From Eledone cirrhosa (Eukaryota), in NCBI GenBank assembly GCA_964016885.1, contig OZ024740.1, forward strand, positions 412,238,001 through 412,302,000: a stretch of DNA of 64,000 nucleotides, given 5' to 3'. A program made the position numbers and the translations under genes. The notes beneath the pieces are model-generated. The model made no database searches. It was given only the letters and a program-made list of their open reading frames with translations, and was not told the DNA's origin. Within the stretch, counting starts at the first letter, position 1; the number at the start of each line of letters is the position of its first letter. This document shows positions 62,957 to 64,000 of the stretch, piece by piece.

Positions 62957-63480
62957 AATTTAGTTAAAGGATTATTTAATGTTTGTTTGTTTTGCTCATC
63001 AATTTTTATAGTTCTGGTATCTCGAATTAGTACCATAGAACAACAATTATATTATAGACACCCTATATATTTCTATGGGTACTTAGTACTCAGTCAGATA
63101 TTTACCTCATTTTTATATATTCTCCAATCTATGTAGAGAAAAAATTCGTTGTTGCTTACTGCTATTTTTTTAGCAGCCAAGCCATCAACAAGTCTGTAAT
63201 ATTCCCGCTTTCACTAGCGGCCGGTTCACGTGTGGGTCACTTTAACGGCCATAACTCATATGAGCTGGTAGTTGGCATTATATTTGCAGACCGTGTGACG
63301 TATGTCCTATAGAAAGGAAATAGCTATCTGATGAAATGTACTTTCCGTTGTAAATTCTCTGAATTTCCAATCTTTTGTAAATGGAAACCGCCGGTAATAG
63401 CATTATGAACAGGTAAATAATTTAAATCATTTTTTAATTTATTTAAAGGATTATTTAATGTTTGTTTGTTCTGCTCATCA

Positions 63481-63489
<9 letters not shown>
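62957..63489 (+). mobile_element. 479-bp non-coding unit with ~55-bp terminal redundancy and one HHR, between (TA)n tracts
   Basis: aaaggattatttaatgtttgtttgtt.tgctcatcaatttttata occurs at 62966 and 63445. Confidence 0.7.
63323..63401 (+). ncRNA. Type I hammerhead with ~49-nt stem II
   Basis: gctat-CTGATGA-aatgtac...gtaaatg-GAAA-ccg-c-cgg-TA-atagc. Stem II has mismatches. Confidence 0.7.
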
Positions 63490-63536
<47 letters not shown>

Positions 63537-63540
<4 letters not shown>

Positions 63541-64000
63541 CAACATGGCAATTCCTTGTAACTTAGCCAGAAGTATCTGCACAATAGTTTCAGATAAATA
63601 TGCATGCTACACACGACTAGAACAATTAAAAAACACACTTATCAGCAGAAACTACCCTCCATCCCTAATCAACAATGGATTCCAACATGCCCTAAACCTC
63701 GACATCCAGAAACTCAGAAACCCCAAACCCAGGAAAGAACCGCAACAGAAAACTCTACCATACATCTCCACACACAACCCCCTCAACAATGAGGCATTCG
63801 ACACCATCCTCCAGAACATTCATTTACTAAAAAGAAACCCAAGAATGAACAAAATCCAACAAACCCTCACAATGAACCCTACAGTAACAAATTTTTGAAG
63901 GCTCAACTCTGCCATATGCATAAATCTAATAGAAGGTTCAACATTCCATTTTAAACAAGGACAACCTTTCACAGTTAAACACAACTTTACATGTGCATCT
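63537..64000 (+). pseudogene. Neptune-like PLE fragment (RT thumb/linker), 5'-truncated; runs off the window end
   Basis: IPCNLARSICTIVSD...RLEQLKNTLISRNYP...LPYISTHNP is homologous to the thumb regions at ~18.1-18.3 kb and ~39.3-39.6 kb. Confidence 0.85.

Overview
Repeat-dominated eukaryotic DNA with no recognisable host gene. An octopod cephalopod origin is inferred from the tRNA-derived SINE families and the dense (TA)n/(CA)n microsatellites. Bases 1-13.15 kb are a G/T-rich 57-60 bp minisatellite with ~3.1 kb higher-order duplication, and its long ORFs are artefacts. The rest is a nest of Penelope-like elements (PLEs; RT + GIY-YIG; Neptune-like and Naiad-like types), mostly inserted into (TA)n. 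There are also SINEs, a non-autonomous RTE-derived dimer and an R4-like fragment. Reading both strands by eye gave more than 20 type I hammerhead ribozyme (HHR) motifs. The main highlights are: (i) two non-coding tandem arrays (~320 bp and 591 bp units) with one HHR per unit, resembling PLE-mobilised retrozymes that could produce circular RNAs; (ii) a compensatory U3:A8 catalytic core (UUGANAA instead of CUGANGA) in at least six unrelated contexts; (iii) HHRs with large branched insertions in stem II; (iv) fold-back insertions hinged at the HHR. All structures were paired manually. None was computed or tested.
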